A stretch of 64,000 nucleotides of DNA from Thainema sp. (GCA_052168235.1 JBQLZK010000036.1:11498-75497), one strand, 5' to 3'. Counted from the stretch's first letter, positions 52,040 through 63,335 are shown. Numbers and translations: made by a program. The notes: a model not told the origin generated them from the sequence alone.

Positions 52040-53677
52040 TTAAATTGTGCAGCTCAAATCGCCTGACTTCTGGGTAAACAGCAGATTTTCGCGATAGTCC
52101 ACTGGGCAATCAATCACCACTGGCACATCCTGCTGAAGTGCTTCTTGCAGCGTCGGGATAAAGTCCTCCGTCTTCTCAATCCGGTAGCCCTTCAGTCCCA
52201 TGCTTTCCGCGAAGCGCACAAAGTCTGGATTGGTGAAGTGAATAAACGCAGACTCGCCATACTGGTTAAGCTGCTTCCATTCAATCAGACCGTAGCCACC
52301 GTCATTGAAGATGATGGTAACAAAGGCTGTCCCCACTCGCAGCGCCGTTTCCAACTCCTGACAGTTCATCATAAAACCGCCATCGCCCGTCACCGCGACG
52401 ACATTGCGGCTAGGGTGAACCAGTTTAGCTGCGATCGCACCTGGAATCGCGATACCCATCGCCGCAAATCCGTTAGAGATAATGCAGGTATTAGGCGATG
52501 CGCCGTGATAATTGCGGGCCATCCACATCTTGTGAGCGCCCACGTCGGAAATTACGATATCTTCTGCCCCCATTACCTGCCGCAGATCGTAGATCAGCTT
52601 TTGCGGCTTGACTGGAAAACCGTTGTCGTTGGCATACTGCTCGTAGTCCGAGCGGATATCTTCTCGCAGTTCAAGGGAGCGGGGAGCAGGCCGTCCTTGT
52701 CGATTAGCCCGCTTCAGAATTTCCGTCAGTGAATCCGCAATATCGCCAACAACTTCAACACGAGGAATATAGCTGCTGTCAATTTCGGCAGGCGTCAGTC
52801 CGATGTGAATGATGGGAATCTGGCCATCTGGATTCCAGCGTTTGGGCGAATATTCCACCAGGTCATACCCCACCGCAATCACCAAATCGGCACTGTCAAA
52901 GCCACAGCTAATGTAGTCGCGCTGCTGCAAGCCCATTGTCCACAGAGCGAGCGGATGGGTATAGGGAATGAGACCCTTGCCCATAAACGTGTTAGTGACA
53001 GGAATATTGAGCTGGGTAGCAAATTCCGTCAGAGCGTGGCTGGCATTGTCTCGAATTGCCCCATTGCCAACCAGAATCAGCGGATTCGTCGCTTGAGAAA
53101 TGGCAACGGCTGCCTGCTGGACGCTTTGCAGCGAGGCATAGGTTTTTTCGCGACTGTCCCGCTTCAGGGGATGCCCTTCGGCAGGCATAGCGGCAATATT
53201 TTCCGGCAGGTCAATATGAACGGCTCCCGGCTTCTCGGTTTGAGCCAGTTTGAAGGCCTTGCGGACAATTTCCGGCGTATTGCTCGGTCGGACAATCTGC
53301 GCGTTCCACTTGGTCACAGGCGCAAACATCGACACCAAATCCAGATACTGGTGCGACTCAATATGCATCCGATCCGTCCCAACTTGTCCGGTAATCGCGA
53401 CGAGGGGAGCGCGATCAAGGTTTGCATCGGCCACACCCGTCATCAAGTTCGTGGCCCCAGGGCCAAGGGTAGACAAACAAACCCCGGCCTTACCCGTCAG
53501 CCGACCGTATACATCAGCCATAAACGCCGCCCCCTGCTCATGGCGCGTCGTGATGAACTGAATCGATGATTTTTTTAACGCGGCGAGAATCGCTAAATTC
53601 TCCTCACCCGGTAGCCCAAAAATATACTCAACACCTTCATTTTCCAAACATTGAATTAGCAATTCAGCCGTATTCAT
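52040..53677 (-). CDS. ogdA: ThDP-dependent 2-oxoglutarate decarboxylase (acetolactate synthase-like)
   Basis: FGLPGEEN, RHEQ, GDGGF; directly downstream of an SSA dehydrogenase gene. Confidence 0.8.
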   Translation of the reverse strand: MNTAELLIQCLENEGVEYIFGLPGEENLAILAALKKSSIQFITTRHEQGAAFMADVYGRLTGKAGVCLSTLGPGATNLMTGVADANLDRAPLVAITGQVGTDRMHIESHQYLDLVSMFAPVTKWNAQIVRPSNTPEIVRKAFKLAQTEKPGAVHIDLPENIAAMPAEGHPLKRDSREKTYASLQSVQQAAVAISQATNPLILVGNGAIRDNASHALTEFATQLNIPVTNTFMGKGLIPYTHPLALWTMGLQQRDYISCGFDSADLVIAVGYDLVEYSPKRWNPDGQIPIIHIGLTPAEIDSSYIPRVEVVGDIADSLTEILKRANRQGRPAPRSLELREDIRSDYEQYANDNGFPVKPQKLIYDLRQVMGAEDIVISDVGAHKMWMARNYHGASPNTCIISNGFAAMGIAIPGAIAAKLVHPSRNVVAVTGDGGFMMNCQELETALRVGTAFVTIIFNDGGYGLIEWKQLNQYGESAFIHFTNPDFVRFAESMGLKGYRIEKTEDFIPTLQEALQQDVPVVIDCPVDYRENLLFTQKSGDLSCTI

Positions 53678-53887
53678 TAGATTCCCTCTCTAGGTATGTC
53701 CTCACAGTTAGGTATCGGCAGTGGGTAGTAGCCAATTGTGTAGCGTGTGCGATCGCAATAGATGAGGCTTAATTTGCGATCAATCGTGGCGGATGCAGTG
53801 AATATACGATTGCCAGGTTTCCGACCCTGTGACTTGTGTTACTAGATTGCCCATCTGGAGCGAACTAGCACCGTTATCTCAATAGAC

Positions 53888-53903
53888 TGTAACGAGGATT
53901 ACA
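53888..53903. promoter_or_regulatory. NtcA box between ssaD and ogdA
   Basis: tGTAacgaggatTACa. Confidence 0.55.
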
Positions 53904-53918
53904 AAACTAGCCCTCGCC

Positions 53919-55283
53919 TCACTTCACCCAAACCGTCTTGATATTGACGAACTCGTGAATCCCTTCGCTGCCCAGTTCGCGGCCATAGCCTGACCGCTTG
54001 ATGCCGCCAAAGGGCATGCGCGGATCAGATTTAACCAAACCGTTGATAAACACCGCTCCGGCCTCCAAATCGCGAATCAGCCGCATTTGCTCGTCCTCGT
54101 TAGTTGTCCAAGCGCTGGCTCCCAAGCCAAAGGAGGTCTTATTTGCGATCGCAATTGCCTCGTCAATGGACTTGACGGTAAACAGCAACGCTACAGGCCC
54201 AAAAAACTCTTCAATATCCGCCGGACTGCCAACCGGAATATCGGTCAAGATTGTGGCCGGATAGTAGTTACCTGGCCCATCCAGCGGTTTGCCACCGATC
54301 AGCACCCGTGCGCCCAGATCGACGCTAGCTCGTACCTGTTGGTCCAAATCGTCCCGAATGCCGGGAGTCGCCAGTGGCCCCAAGTCCGTATCTTCCAACA
54401 TCGGGTCGCCCATCTTCAACGCGCTGAACTTCTCAAACATGCGCTTTTCAAAAGTTTCGGCGATGCTTTCCGCTACGATGAACCGCTTGGCGGCAATACA
54501 GGACTGACCGTTATTCAACATCCGAGCCGTGACTGCCGTGTCAACTGCCGCGTCTAAATCAGCGCTTTCCAGCACGATAAACGGATCGCTGCCGCCCAGT
54601 TCCAGCACTGTTTTCTTGATCTGTTGTCCAGCCGCAACAGCAAGACTTGCACCTGCGGCTTCACTACCCGTCAGCGTAGCGGCTTTCACTCGGTCATCTT
54701 CCACAATGGAGCTAACTTGACTCGCACCAACCAGCAGTGTTTGGAAAACGCCCTCTGGAAAACCAGCCCGGCTGAATATTTCCTCAATCGCCAGCGCACA
54801 CTGCGGCACGTTCGACGCATGTTTCAGTAGCCCTACGTTACCCGCCATCAGGGCCGGAGCGGCAAACCGGAACACCTGCCAAAACGGGAAGTTCCAGGGC
54901 ATGACGGCTAGCACCACGCCCAGCGGCTGATAGGACACATAGCTGCGGCTAGCGTCGGTTTCCACGACCTTATCGCTGAGGAATTCTTCAGCATGTTCAG
55001 CGTAGAACCGACAGACCCAGGCCGACTTTTTCACTTCTGCGATCGCAGATTTAATTGGCTTACCCATTTCCAGGGTCATGATTTCGCCAAAGCGCTGCTG
55101 CTCATCTTCCAGAATTTGCGCCGCCTTTTGCAGCCATTGCGATCGCGTTTTGAAATCAATCAGCCGATAAGCTTCAAATGCAGCGTGCGCCTTAGCGATT
55201 CGCTGTTCAACCTCCTGAGCTGGCAGTGGTTCGAAGGTTTTAATCGTTTCTCCCGTGGCCGGATTAATGCTTGCAATTGCCAT
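53919..55283 (-). CDS. ssaD: Succinate-semialdehyde dehydrogenase
   Basis: [37 protein letters not shown]. Confidence 0.88.
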   Translation of the reverse strand: MAIASINPATGETIKTFEPLPAQEVEQRIAKAHAAFEAYRLIDFKTRSQWLQKAAQILEDEQQRFGEIMTLEMGKPIKSAIAEVKKSAWVCRFYAEHAEEFLSDKVVETDASRSYVSYQPLGVVLAVMPWNFPFWQVFRFAAPALMAGNVGLLKHASNVPQCALAIEEIFSRAGFPEGVFQTLLVGASQVSSIVEDDRVKAATLTGSEAAGASLAVAAGQQIKKTVLELGGSDPFIVLESADLDAAVDTAVTARMLNNGQSCIAAKRFIVAESIAETFEKRMFEKFSALKMGDPMLEDTDLGPLATPGIRDDLDQQVRASVDLGARVLIGGKPLDGPGNYYPATILTDIPVGSPADIEEFFGPVALLFTVKSIDEAIAIANKTSFGLGASAWTTNEDEQMRLIRDLEAGAVFINGLVKSDPRMPFGGIKRSGYGRELGSEGIHEFVNIKTVWVK

Positions 55284-55968
55284 GACCTGATCTCCTAGTA
55301 TCGCGCAACAGTCTGAGTCAACATTTGAACCTAGCCATATTGGCTAAATTACAGAGTTCATGCTGTCAGACAACGAATCGTTTGTTCCGCACTTTAATCA
55401 GTTGAATAATCTAAAAACTGTTGATAAAGATCCGCGACTTAATTACTTAATTGTTCGTCTCTTTCTAGATGCTGGCAGACATTTACCAACTGTGGCTGAG
55501 ACGCTCAACGAGTGCGAAAGCTGTATGCTGCCTAACTTCTATGTTCCAATATGGCCAGTGGAATTCACGGTAAACGTATAGATTGTTTTTATTCTTTAAG
55601 GTTTAGCGTTAAGGAATGTATCAAGTCTCTAATTTCGGTCAAGAAGAATTTAATTTATTGGATGATTTTGCTAGCTGGCTCAGAGAACATAATTTTGTCC
55701 TAACTCTGAAACAAAATCTCTTGTCATACGACTTTAATAAATAGGACTCGTTAGCAGTCCTCAAACAATCACTACCTGAATACCACTACTGTTGTGCCCA
55801 ACCGGGTGTGCCAAATAAGTTCTGATAGTTCTGATAAATAAAGCCTGATTAAACAAAATTTAAAGAACTTAGCGGCAATTGCCCGCCAAGCGATTGAACC
55901 GTGGATGATTTGGGTATGGTGTGTTTAACGCAAAATTCATAGCGTGTGATTTAGAAAAAGGGGTTGGC

Positions 55969-57051
55969 ATGGATTGGAGTCATCTAATAAGCCTGGTGCT
56001 TGGGCTTGGATGTGGAGCAGTCAGTACTGCTCTCCTGTTGCGATCTCGCCTCACGTCGCCGGTGATTCCCCTCGTCCCCTCTCGCTCTGGCTCAATTCAG
56101 CCTAAATTAGCCAAGGGAACCCCCAAGGAGACCTCCAAGGACTCAGCATTAACCCACTGCACCGAGCAAATCAAGCAGGCCGAACAACTGGAGCGCCAAC
56201 TGGTTGAGCTACAGCAGACCTACTTTCGAACCCTCGAACTGAGTCAGTTTAAGGCTGGATTTCTGGCCCGCACCTCTCACGAACTGAGATCGCCCCTCAA
56301 TGGCGTAATTGGCATGCATCAGCTCATTCTGGCCGATCTATGCGATAGTCCAGAGGAAGAGCGCGACTTTCTGCAGCAAGCCCATACCTCAGTGCTCAAG
56401 ACGCTAGGGCTACTAGATGAGCTGATTGCCATTTCCAAGATCGAATACGGAACGGGCAGCTTGTGTCTAGAGCCAGTCCAGCTCGCAGAACTGTTCAAGG
56501 AAGTGCAAGCCTCTGTTCATTTACAGGCCGATAATCGCAATCTGCGGCTGCAGGTCGTCGTACCAGAAGTCAATGTTGAAGTTCTAGCTGACTGGAAACA
56601 ACTGAGACAAGTTCTGGTTAGCCTGCTGGATACGGCGATCTCCCACATGGACAGTGGGCAAATTTGCCTGCGTGTTCACCCGTCAGCACCCACTGAACCC
56701 GTGCGCATTTGGTTGGAAGATCAAAGACCCGCATCCGCTTGGTATGAAGCGTTTGATTTATTAAATGCCAGCGACCAATCGATCCAGTCCATTCAAGCGA
56801 ATCAAAAAGTTGTTCCGGCCGTGATTGAACAAATCCTGGCTGAAACTGGCGATAGCCTGCATCCTTCAATGGGTCTGGGGTTGCTGATGAACTACATCTC
56901 GTTGCACTGTATGGGCGGCAAACTGGCTGTTCTGCAAACACCGATCACACATGTAAAGGACAATCTCGCGGTTCTGTCTGCTCCAGATCCGTTGGCGGGC
57001 GATGAATGGCCGAATCTGACTCGGCTGGAATGCTGCTTACCTCGACCGTAA
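55969..57051 (+). CDS. Histidine kinase-like protein with degenerate ATPase domain
   Basis: TM, SHELRSPL; N box reads LLDTAI and no DxGxG is present. Confidence 0.75.
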   Translation: MDWSHLISLVLGLGCGAVSTALLLRSRLTSPVIPLVPSRSGSIQPKLAKGTPKETSKDSALTHCTEQIKQAEQLERQLVELQQTYFRTLELSQFKAGFLARTSHELRSPLNGVIGMHQLILADLCDSPEEERDFLQQAHTSVLKTLGLLDELIAISKIEYGTGSLCLEPVQLAELFKEVQASVHLQADNRNLRLQVVVPEVNVEVLADWKQLRQVLVSLLDTAISHMDSGQICLRVHPSAPTEPVRIWLEDQRPASAWYEAFDLLNASDQSIQSIQANQKVVPAVIEQILAETGDSLHPSMGLGLLMNYISLHCMGGKLAVLQTPITHVKDNLAVLSAPDPLAGDEWPNLTRLECCLPRP

Positions 57052-57174
57052 TCGATTCAATTCAGTCATCCCGGCTAAGAAGCGCGGATTTAATAAGGTG
57101 AGGCTCAATAACCACTACAAACCCAATTTGGTAGCCTAAGATGTCTAAGGAACGCGATTGCCGATGATGCAGTA

Positions 57175-57936
57175 ATGACTTATCCAACCAATGATGACTA
57201 CTTAGGTGATGAGGCAGCTTTGCCCAACGCCCGCGATCGCAATTCGAATCAACCCTCTAGTTCGGCAAGTCAACCGCCCAGTAGTCGTTCGGTTTCGCCC
57301 ATTGGCCCGCTGGCAATGGTGGAAACTGCTTTTTTAGCCAGTACAGCCAGCCTGATTTGGCTCGTTAACTATTACTTTCCCGCTGGCCCACTGCTCCGTA
57401 TTTTCTTTCCCCTCCCGATCTCGATGGTCTATCTGCGCTGGGGCGGACGCTCGGCCTGGATGTCAGCCCTCGTATCTGGGCTGCTCCTCTCTGTGCTGAT
57501 GGGGCCACCGCGCAGCTTATTATTTTTTATTCCCTATGGGTTACTGGGCGTCCAGCTCGGCGGCATGTGGCGACGACGGTCAGGTTGGCCAATTTCCATT
57601 GCTATCGGCTCAATCATCGGCAGCTTTGGCTTCTTTTTCCGGCTGTGGCTACTCTCGGTTTTGCTGGGAGAGGATCTGTGGGTTTACATTACTACCCAGG
57701 TCACACAGCTGATTGAATGGGTTTCGACACATTTGGTCAATTTTGGTCTACTCGGCGTGGGTGCCCTGGGCGAACCAAGTCTGATGCTGATCCAAATCGT
57801 CATGCTCATTCTGGTTCTCATCAGCAATATTGTGTATGTCTTTACGGTTCACCTAGCGGCGTGGCTATTATTGGAGCGATTAAAAATTTCAATGCCTGCT
57901 CCGCCACAGTGGGTTCAGGTCTTGCTGGATGAATAA
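57175..57936 (+). CDS. DUF2232-family membrane protein
   Basis: MVETAFLAS, LMGPPRS. Confidence 0.8.
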   Translation: MTYPTNDDYLGDEAALPNARDRNSNQPSSSASQPPSSRSVSPIGPLAMVETAFLASTASLIWLVNYYFPAGPLLRIFFPLPISMVYLRWGGRSAWMSALVSGLLLSVLMGPPRSLLFFIPYGLLGVQLGGMWRRRSGWPISIAIGSIIGSFGFFFRLWLLSVLLGEDLWVYITTQVTQLIEWVSTHLVNFGLLGVGALGEPSLMLIQIVMLILVLISNIVYVFTVHLAAWLLLERLKISMPAPPQWVQVLLDE

Positions 57937-58218
57937 GATTGAGCGTTTAAGCAAACCCCAAAAGCCATCCAAGACGGTATTTAGCAGACATCTTCTGGGC
58001 TTTTTACATCTGCGATCGCATGATCCCAGCTTGATCCCCACGCTTGACGCAACCTTTTGTTACTCGGCTAAAATAAAACCTTTGAGTACAAAAAGCACAT
58101 TCTGACCCAGCAATAGTCACCGTCAGAGGGGTTCGGCCAAGCCGTAACCCTCTGACACCAAGACTCCGACTGGATACCTTTTATACTGTCGTGTTCCCAG
58201 CGAAGGCGCTGTGTCTGC

Positions 58219-59250
58219 ATGAATCAACTCAATAGCGCATTGACGCTGTTCATGAGCCTACTGGTGGAAGCCATGCCCTTCTTGTTATTGGGGGTTGCTT
58301 TCTCTAGCATTCTGAAGCTGTTCATCAACGAGCGTCGATTGGTGGAAGCCATGCCCAAAAACCCCTTGATGGGGGCACTAGCCGGAAGTCTAGTGGGCTT
58401 TCTCTTCCCCGTTTGCGAATGCGGAAACGTTCCGGTTGCGCGACGACTCCTAGTGCAAGGCGCACCGTCTTCCGTCGCCATTGGTTTTTTACTCGCCGCA
58501 CCAACGGTAAATCCCATCGTCTTCTGGGCCACCTGGATTGCCTTTCGCGATCAGCCGGAAATGGTCTTTCTCCGCATCGGGCTGTCGCTGCTGATTGCGG
58601 TTTTAGTCGCCTGGATCTTCAGCTTTCAAGACGATCTGCGTCCATTCATGCAGCCAAATGTGGCCAAAATGATGCCGGAGCGTGAGCGAGCGACGGCAAA
58701 GCCACGTTCCAGCGCAGGACAATCCACTTCTCCTTTATTGCAATCCGGCACGTTTCTCATTGGTCAACCCGGAGAACCCATTCCTTTCAATCCTGCAACT
58801 GCCGAAACCCTCGCCGCCAATCCCGCCCTCAGCCTGCCGATGTTCCAGCGGCTGTCGCTCCTAGTAGACAACATGGTGCAGGAGCTGCGAGAACTGGGTG
58901 GGGCATTGGTAATCGGAGCTGCGATCGCATCTGTTGTCCAAGTTGCCATGCCCCGCGAGATTATTTTGGGCTTGGGGCAAAGTACGGTGCTGTCTATCCT
59001 GGCCATGATGATTCTGGCCTGGGTCGTTTCGATTTGCTCGACGGTAGACTCCTTCTTTGCTCTATCCTTCGCTTCAACCTTTACCAGCGCCTCACTACTG
59101 GCATTTTTAGTCTTTGGGCCAATGGTGGATGTCAAAAATATTGGTCTGTTGCTGACGGTATTCCGATGGCGCGCCATTTTCTATCTATTTGCCCTGGCCG
59201 GCTTACTCACCTTCCTATTTACCCTCTTGCTCAGTTCCTACATTAGCTAG
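58219..59250 (+). CDS. DUF318 permease (YcgR-like)
   Basis: EAMPFLLLG, PVCECG, SICSTVD, GPMVD. Confidence 0.88.
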   Translation: MNQLNSALTLFMSLLVEAMPFLLLGVAFSSILKLFINERRLVEAMPKNPLMGALAGSLVGFLFPVCECGNVPVARRLLVQGAPSSVAIGFLLAAPTVNPIVFWATWIAFRDQPEMVFLRIGLSLLIAVLVAWIFSFQDDLRPFMQPNVAKMMPERERATAKPRSSAGQSTSPLLQSGTFLIGQPGEPIPFNPATAETLAANPALSLPMFQRLSLLVDNMVQELRELGGALVIGAAIASVVQVAMPREIILGLGQSTVLSILAMMILAWVVSICSTVDSFFALSFASTFTSASLLAFLVFGPMVDVKNIGLLLTVFRWRAIFYLFALAGLLTFLFTLLLSSYIS

Positions 59251-59442
59251 GGTTGTGTGATGGATATCGGCAGGTTCACAACTCGCCTTCTATACCAATC
59301 ACTGCGAACCATTCCGCTCCTAACCCATCAACCATTTACTTCCTGTTCATCGTTCATGGTTAATAGTGTTCAACTCCGAACTTGCCCAGATCGGCTCACT
59401 CTGACTTTTTAACGCCTAATCCGTTTTGGCTCCTACACACCT

Positions 59443-60249
59443 ATGAAGACTGAACCCAATCAAACGGCTGCTGAACAGCGCTCTATCAAACGGAAACGGC
59501 CCGTTGGTCCAAGGCGGCTCCATTGGCGATCAATCGTCGATATTTTGGTCTTGCTGACCTGGGGCATCATGCTGCTGCGCTTTTGGTGGACGGGCAAGAT
59601 CAACATTTTGCTGCATCCCGACTACATGTGGCTCTCGAATAGTGCGGGCGTGGTGCTGATTGCAATGGGGTTGCTCAAGCTGGTGCAGCTCCTCCGCAGC
59701 AAGTCACAACCGCCCTCCCTGCCCCACCTCAGTCTGTTTCCACCCGGAATCAGTAGCGCCATTCTCTTAAGCATCGCCGTATTCGGTTTGCTGTTTACGC
59801 CTCGGCCCTTTGCTAGCGAAACGGCGATGGCACGGGGTATTTCCGAAGGCATTCCAGCCACCCGCGCCCAGCCGCAGCAGTTTGGCAATTTCACCAAACC
59901 CGAAGAGCGGTCTCTAGTGGGCTGGATTCGGACGCTGACAGTGTATCCAGAGCCGGATGAGTATGCCGGACAGCCCGTGAATATTGACGGTTTTGTGATT
60001 CACAACCCCGATTTGCCGGACAACTACCTTACCTTGGCTCGCTTTATCATCACCTGCTGCGCTGCCGACGTGTATCCGGTTGGTTTGCCGATCAAGCTGC
60101 CGGACAATCGCTCAGCCTATCCACCGGATCAGTGGTTCCAGGTGAAAGGCCAGATGATCTCAGAAACATTGAACGGCGAGCGCACACTAGTCGTTCAGGC
60201 TGAATCCCTAACGGAAATTCCGGAGCCGGAGAATCCCTATGACTACTAA
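59443..60249 (+). CDS. TIGR03943/DUF1980 permease subunit (YcgQ-like)
   Basis: LLHP, RFIITCCAAD, PENPY. Confidence 0.85.
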   Translation: MKTEPNQTAAEQRSIKRKRPVGPRRLHWRSIVDILVLLTWGIMLLRFWWTGKINILLHPDYMWLSNSAGVVLIAMGLLKLVQLLRSKSQPPSLPHLSLFPPGISSAILLSIAVFGLLFTPRPFASETAMARGISEGIPATRAQPQQFGNFTKPEERSLVGWIRTLTVYPEPDEYAGQPVNIDGFVIHNPDLPDNYLTLARFIITCCAADVYPVGLPIKLPDNRSAYPPDQWFQVKGQMISETLNGERTLVVQAESLTEIPEPENPYDY

Positions 60250-61759
60250 TCGCCTCAAACAATCATGGGTGCAACCGCTGGATCGAATCGCGATCGCAAT
60301 TATGGCTGTTCTCATCGTCGTAATCGGGATTGTGCTAATCAGTGGTGAGCATTCCACCCCCCGCATCCGGCAGTTTAGCTGGGACGGCCAGCGCATCGGC
60401 GCGGAGGATACGGCCTTTATCCTGACGTTCAACCGCCCCATGGATCGGCAAAGCGTCGAGTCTAACCTCCAAATTGAGCCGGAACTGCCGGGTAAATTTA
60501 GCTGGGCAGGTCGCCGCATGGCCTATACGCTGGAAAATCCTGCTCCCTACGGTGAAACTTTTCAGCTTACTCTCACTAACGCCACCGATCGCTACAGTGA
60601 GACCCAAGCCGATCGACCGGAAATTGAACCGTTTCAAACCACATTTCAAAGTCGCGATCGCGCATTTGCATTTATCGGCACCGAAGGCAGCGAAGCTGGA
60701 CGACTGGTACTGTACAACCTGACGCAAAAGAGCAGCCATCTTTTGACACCGGAAAACCTGTCGGTTTTAGATTTTGAAGCCTATCCGGCAGGCGATCGCA
60801 TTTTATTCTCCGCTGTGGATAAATCCACTGGTGATAACAGCATTCTCAGCCAGGAACTTTATACCGTCACCACTGGCCTAAATGCTGAATCCTCACAATC
60901 TGGTTGGCAGTGGCTGCCCTGGCGCAAGTCCAACACAGCGACACAGCTCAAATCGGGCAGCATTGAAAAAATCCTCGACAACCAGCAGTATCAAAACTTG
61001 AAGTTTGACCTATCCCCGAATGGTGAAACCATTGTGGTGCAGCGGGTCAATCAGAATGACCCAGCTGATTTTGGCCCCTGGATCATCCGTCAGGGTGAGC
61101 AGCCTCAGCCTATTGAAACCGATCCCGGTGGCGATTTCCTGATTACGCCGGATAGCACCGCACTGGTGCTAGCTCAGGGAGAAGGGCTGGCTATCCTGCC
61201 CCTCCAGCCGGAAACCGAACCGCTAGATTTCTTGCCTCAGTTCGGGATGGTGCTCAACTTTGCCCGCGACGGTTCGGCAGCAGCAATGGTGAAATTCAAC
61301 ACCGACTATACGCGATCGCTGTTTGTCGTGACCAACCAAGGCGAAGAAATCGAGCTGTTGCGCACGGAAGGCTCTGTTCTCGATGCTCAGTTTTCGCCAG
61401 ATAATCAGACCCTTTACTGTGTTCTTACCACGCTGCTGCCGGGAGACGAGTATGTGGAGCAGCCATTTTTAACCGCAATTGATATGGAATCAACAGAACG
61501 AACAGATTTAGTGTTGCTGCCAAAACAGCAGTCGGTGCAAATGAGCGTGGCCCCCGATGGCTTAGGACTTTTATTTGATCAGTCGGTCGCGTCTAATAAT
61601 GCAACCAATGAGGCTTTACCGCAAACGGAAGATGGCCGCGTAATCACGGCCAGTCAGCTTTGGTTTCTCCCTCTGCTGCAAGACGAAAATGGTCAATTGA
61701 TTAACGCCGATCCTGAAGCGCTATCACTGACTGGCGTCTATCCCCGATGGCTACCGTAA
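60239..61759 (+). CDS. Membrane-anchored Ig-like / beta-propeller protein
   Basis: N-terminal TM, LTFNRPMD Ig-like motif, SPNG/SPD TolB-like repeats; overlaps the upstream gene. Confidence 0.7.
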   Translation: MTTNRLKQSWVQPLDRIAIAIMAVLIVVIGIVLISGEHSTPRIRQFSWDGQRIGAEDTAFILTFNRPMDRQSVESNLQIEPELPGKFSWAGRRMAYTLENPAPYGETFQLTLTNATDRYSETQADRPEIEPFQTTFQSRDRAFAFIGTEGSEAGRLVLYNLTQKSSHLLTPENLSVLDFEAYPAGDRILFSAVDKSTGDNSILSQELYTVTTGLNAESSQSGWQWLPWRKSNTATQLKSGSIEKILDNQQYQNLKFDLSPNGETIVVQRVNQNDPADFGPWIIRQGEQPQPIETDPGGDFLITPDSTALVLAQGEGLAILPLQPETEPLDFLPQFGMVLNFARDGSAAAMVKFNTDYTRSLFVVTNQGEEIELLRTEGSVLDAQFSPDNQTLYCVLTTLLPGDEYVEQPFLTAIDMESTERTDLVLLPKQQSVQMSVAPDGLGLLFDQSVASNNATNEALPQTEDGRVITASQLWFLPLLQDENGQLINADPEALSLTGVYPRWLP

Positions 61760-61829
61760 AGCTCTCTCACAATAGCAATTGTTGAGCGGTTTAAGGCATT
61801 CCTAAACCTTGATCTTGAATTGCTGGACT

Positions 61830-63335
61830 TTACAGGGTACGAACTTCTTCCTGGAGCTTGAGAAGTTGTGCTTCTGCTTCCAGCGGCTTATAAGTCAGTC
61901 TGGACACGACTACAAACGCAATTAACCCGACCAAAGGGCTAATTAACGTGGGAAATCCATCAAAGTCGGCGGTCAAAAACCCATTTGGGAGATAGAACAG
62001 CGTGTTCTCAATGCCAAACATGGTTGGCATTAGAGCAAAGAAAATCAGCCGGGTGATAGAACCCGCAATGATACAAGCCAATGCGCCCTGCCGAGTCGAT
62101 TTCGTCCAGAATAAACCGCCCAGCAGTGGCACCACCAGTCCAGCAAATCCTAGATCAAATCCCAGCAGAAGCAGCACGCCCGTTTGAGGTACCCGCAGCC
62201 CCAGAAACACACCCAGTACAGTGATCACAATCGCCATGAGTCGAGTGATTAGCAGTAAGCGATCACCACCGTTAGCGTGGCCCACGCCTACTCCATGTCG
62301 AATCCCCAAAACATTGTGGGCCAAAACTGAAGATGTACCTAAAATGGCTCCATCTGCCGTAGAAAGCGAAGCCGACAAAATTGCGGCCAGCACTAGCAAA
62401 CCTAGTACGGGCGGAACGACATTCAGCAGCAGTGTAAATAGCACTGGGCCATCACCCACCACCCCAACTTGTTCAAAAATACTGTTGGCTGACAGCGCAA
62501 TGACGGAAAACGGTAGCCCCACAATCAACGTGCCAGCAGAAGCGACATAGCAGGCTTTCTGAGCTGTTTCTGGGCTATCGGCCGCAAAAATACGAGCCAT
62601 GAAATCAATTGCCACCATGTTGCCTAATCCTAGTGCTAAGATGCTGGCCCAGTTAATTGCCGCTCCTGAACTGACGGATGTCAACTGCTCTAGGGCGAAA
62701 GGACCAGTGCCAGGAGCAATGTTGAGCCCAAAGTTAACTAGAACATAAGTCAGCAGTCCTAACGCACCAACTAAAGCAATCAAGATTTGAATTGCGTCAG
62801 TGTATGCTACAGCAAACAGACCACCAGACACAGTGTAAGCAAAAACAAGAGTTGCCAGTAATAGAATGCCACCAACGTAGCTAGTGCCCAAAAAGGTTTG
62901 GAACATATAGCCCCCGGCAACCAGGTTACCTGCCAGTAAAAATGAAAAGCTGACCGACATAATGCAAGCAGCAATCAACTCGACTCTGCGACCGTATTTG
63001 ACTCGATAAAAATCAGGAATTGTAATCAGCCCCATGCGATTCATGGGTTTAGCTAAGAATGTGCCAGTCAAAAACAAACAGAGCGATAAACCAATTGGTA
63101 GAGCAGCTCCAGCCCAAAAGCCAAATTCTGAAGACAAATCGGTATTTCCTAGGGTGGCATTAGAGTCTACCGATTGCGCCATTAAAGTAGCCGCAGCTAA
63201 TGGCAATGCGAGCCCTCGTCCAGCGACTAAAAAATTGACGCTATCTCCTTTTATTTGTTTAGAAGCCCAGACACCGATACCTAACGTTCCCAACAGAAAA
63301 GTAATAATTCCATAGGAAAAAGCTGAATGTTCCAT
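61830..63335 (-). CDS. Sodium:solute symporter family transporter
   Basis: FLVAGR, TIPDFY..KYG, YT.SGG..AVAYTD.IQ, SASLSTAD. Confidence 0.9.
   Translation of the reverse strand: MEHSAFSYGIITFLLGTLGIGVWASKQIKGDSVNFLVAGRGLALPLAAATLMAQSVDSNATLGNTDLSSEFGFWAGAALPIGLSLCLFLTGTFLAKPMNRMGLITIPDFYRVKYGRRVELIAACIMSVSFSFLLAGNLVAGGYMFQTFLGTSYVGGILLLATLVFAYTVSGGLFAVAYTDAIQILIALVGALGLLTYVLVNFGLNIAPGTGPFALEQLTSVSSGAAINWASILALGLGNMVAIDFMARIFAADSPETAQKACYVASAGTLIVGLPFSVIALSANSIFEQVGVVGDGPVLFTLLLNVVPPVLGLLVLAAILSASLSTADGAILGTSSVLAHNVLGIRHGVGVGHANGGDRLLLITRLMAIVITVLGVFLGLRVPQTGVLLLLGFDLGFAGLVVPLLGGLFWTKSTRQGALACIIAGSITRLIFFALMPTMFGIENTLFYLPNGFLTADFDGFPTLISPLVGLIAFVVVSRLTYKPLEAEAQLLKLQEEVRTL

Noticed and set aside
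52040..53677. Acetolactate synthase IlvB
   Set aside because: The FGLPGEEN motif, no small subunit and adjacency to ssaD favour 2-oxoglutarate decarboxylase
58110..58218. Riboswitch before the permease operon
   Set aside because: One hairpin, no recognisable aptamer consensus
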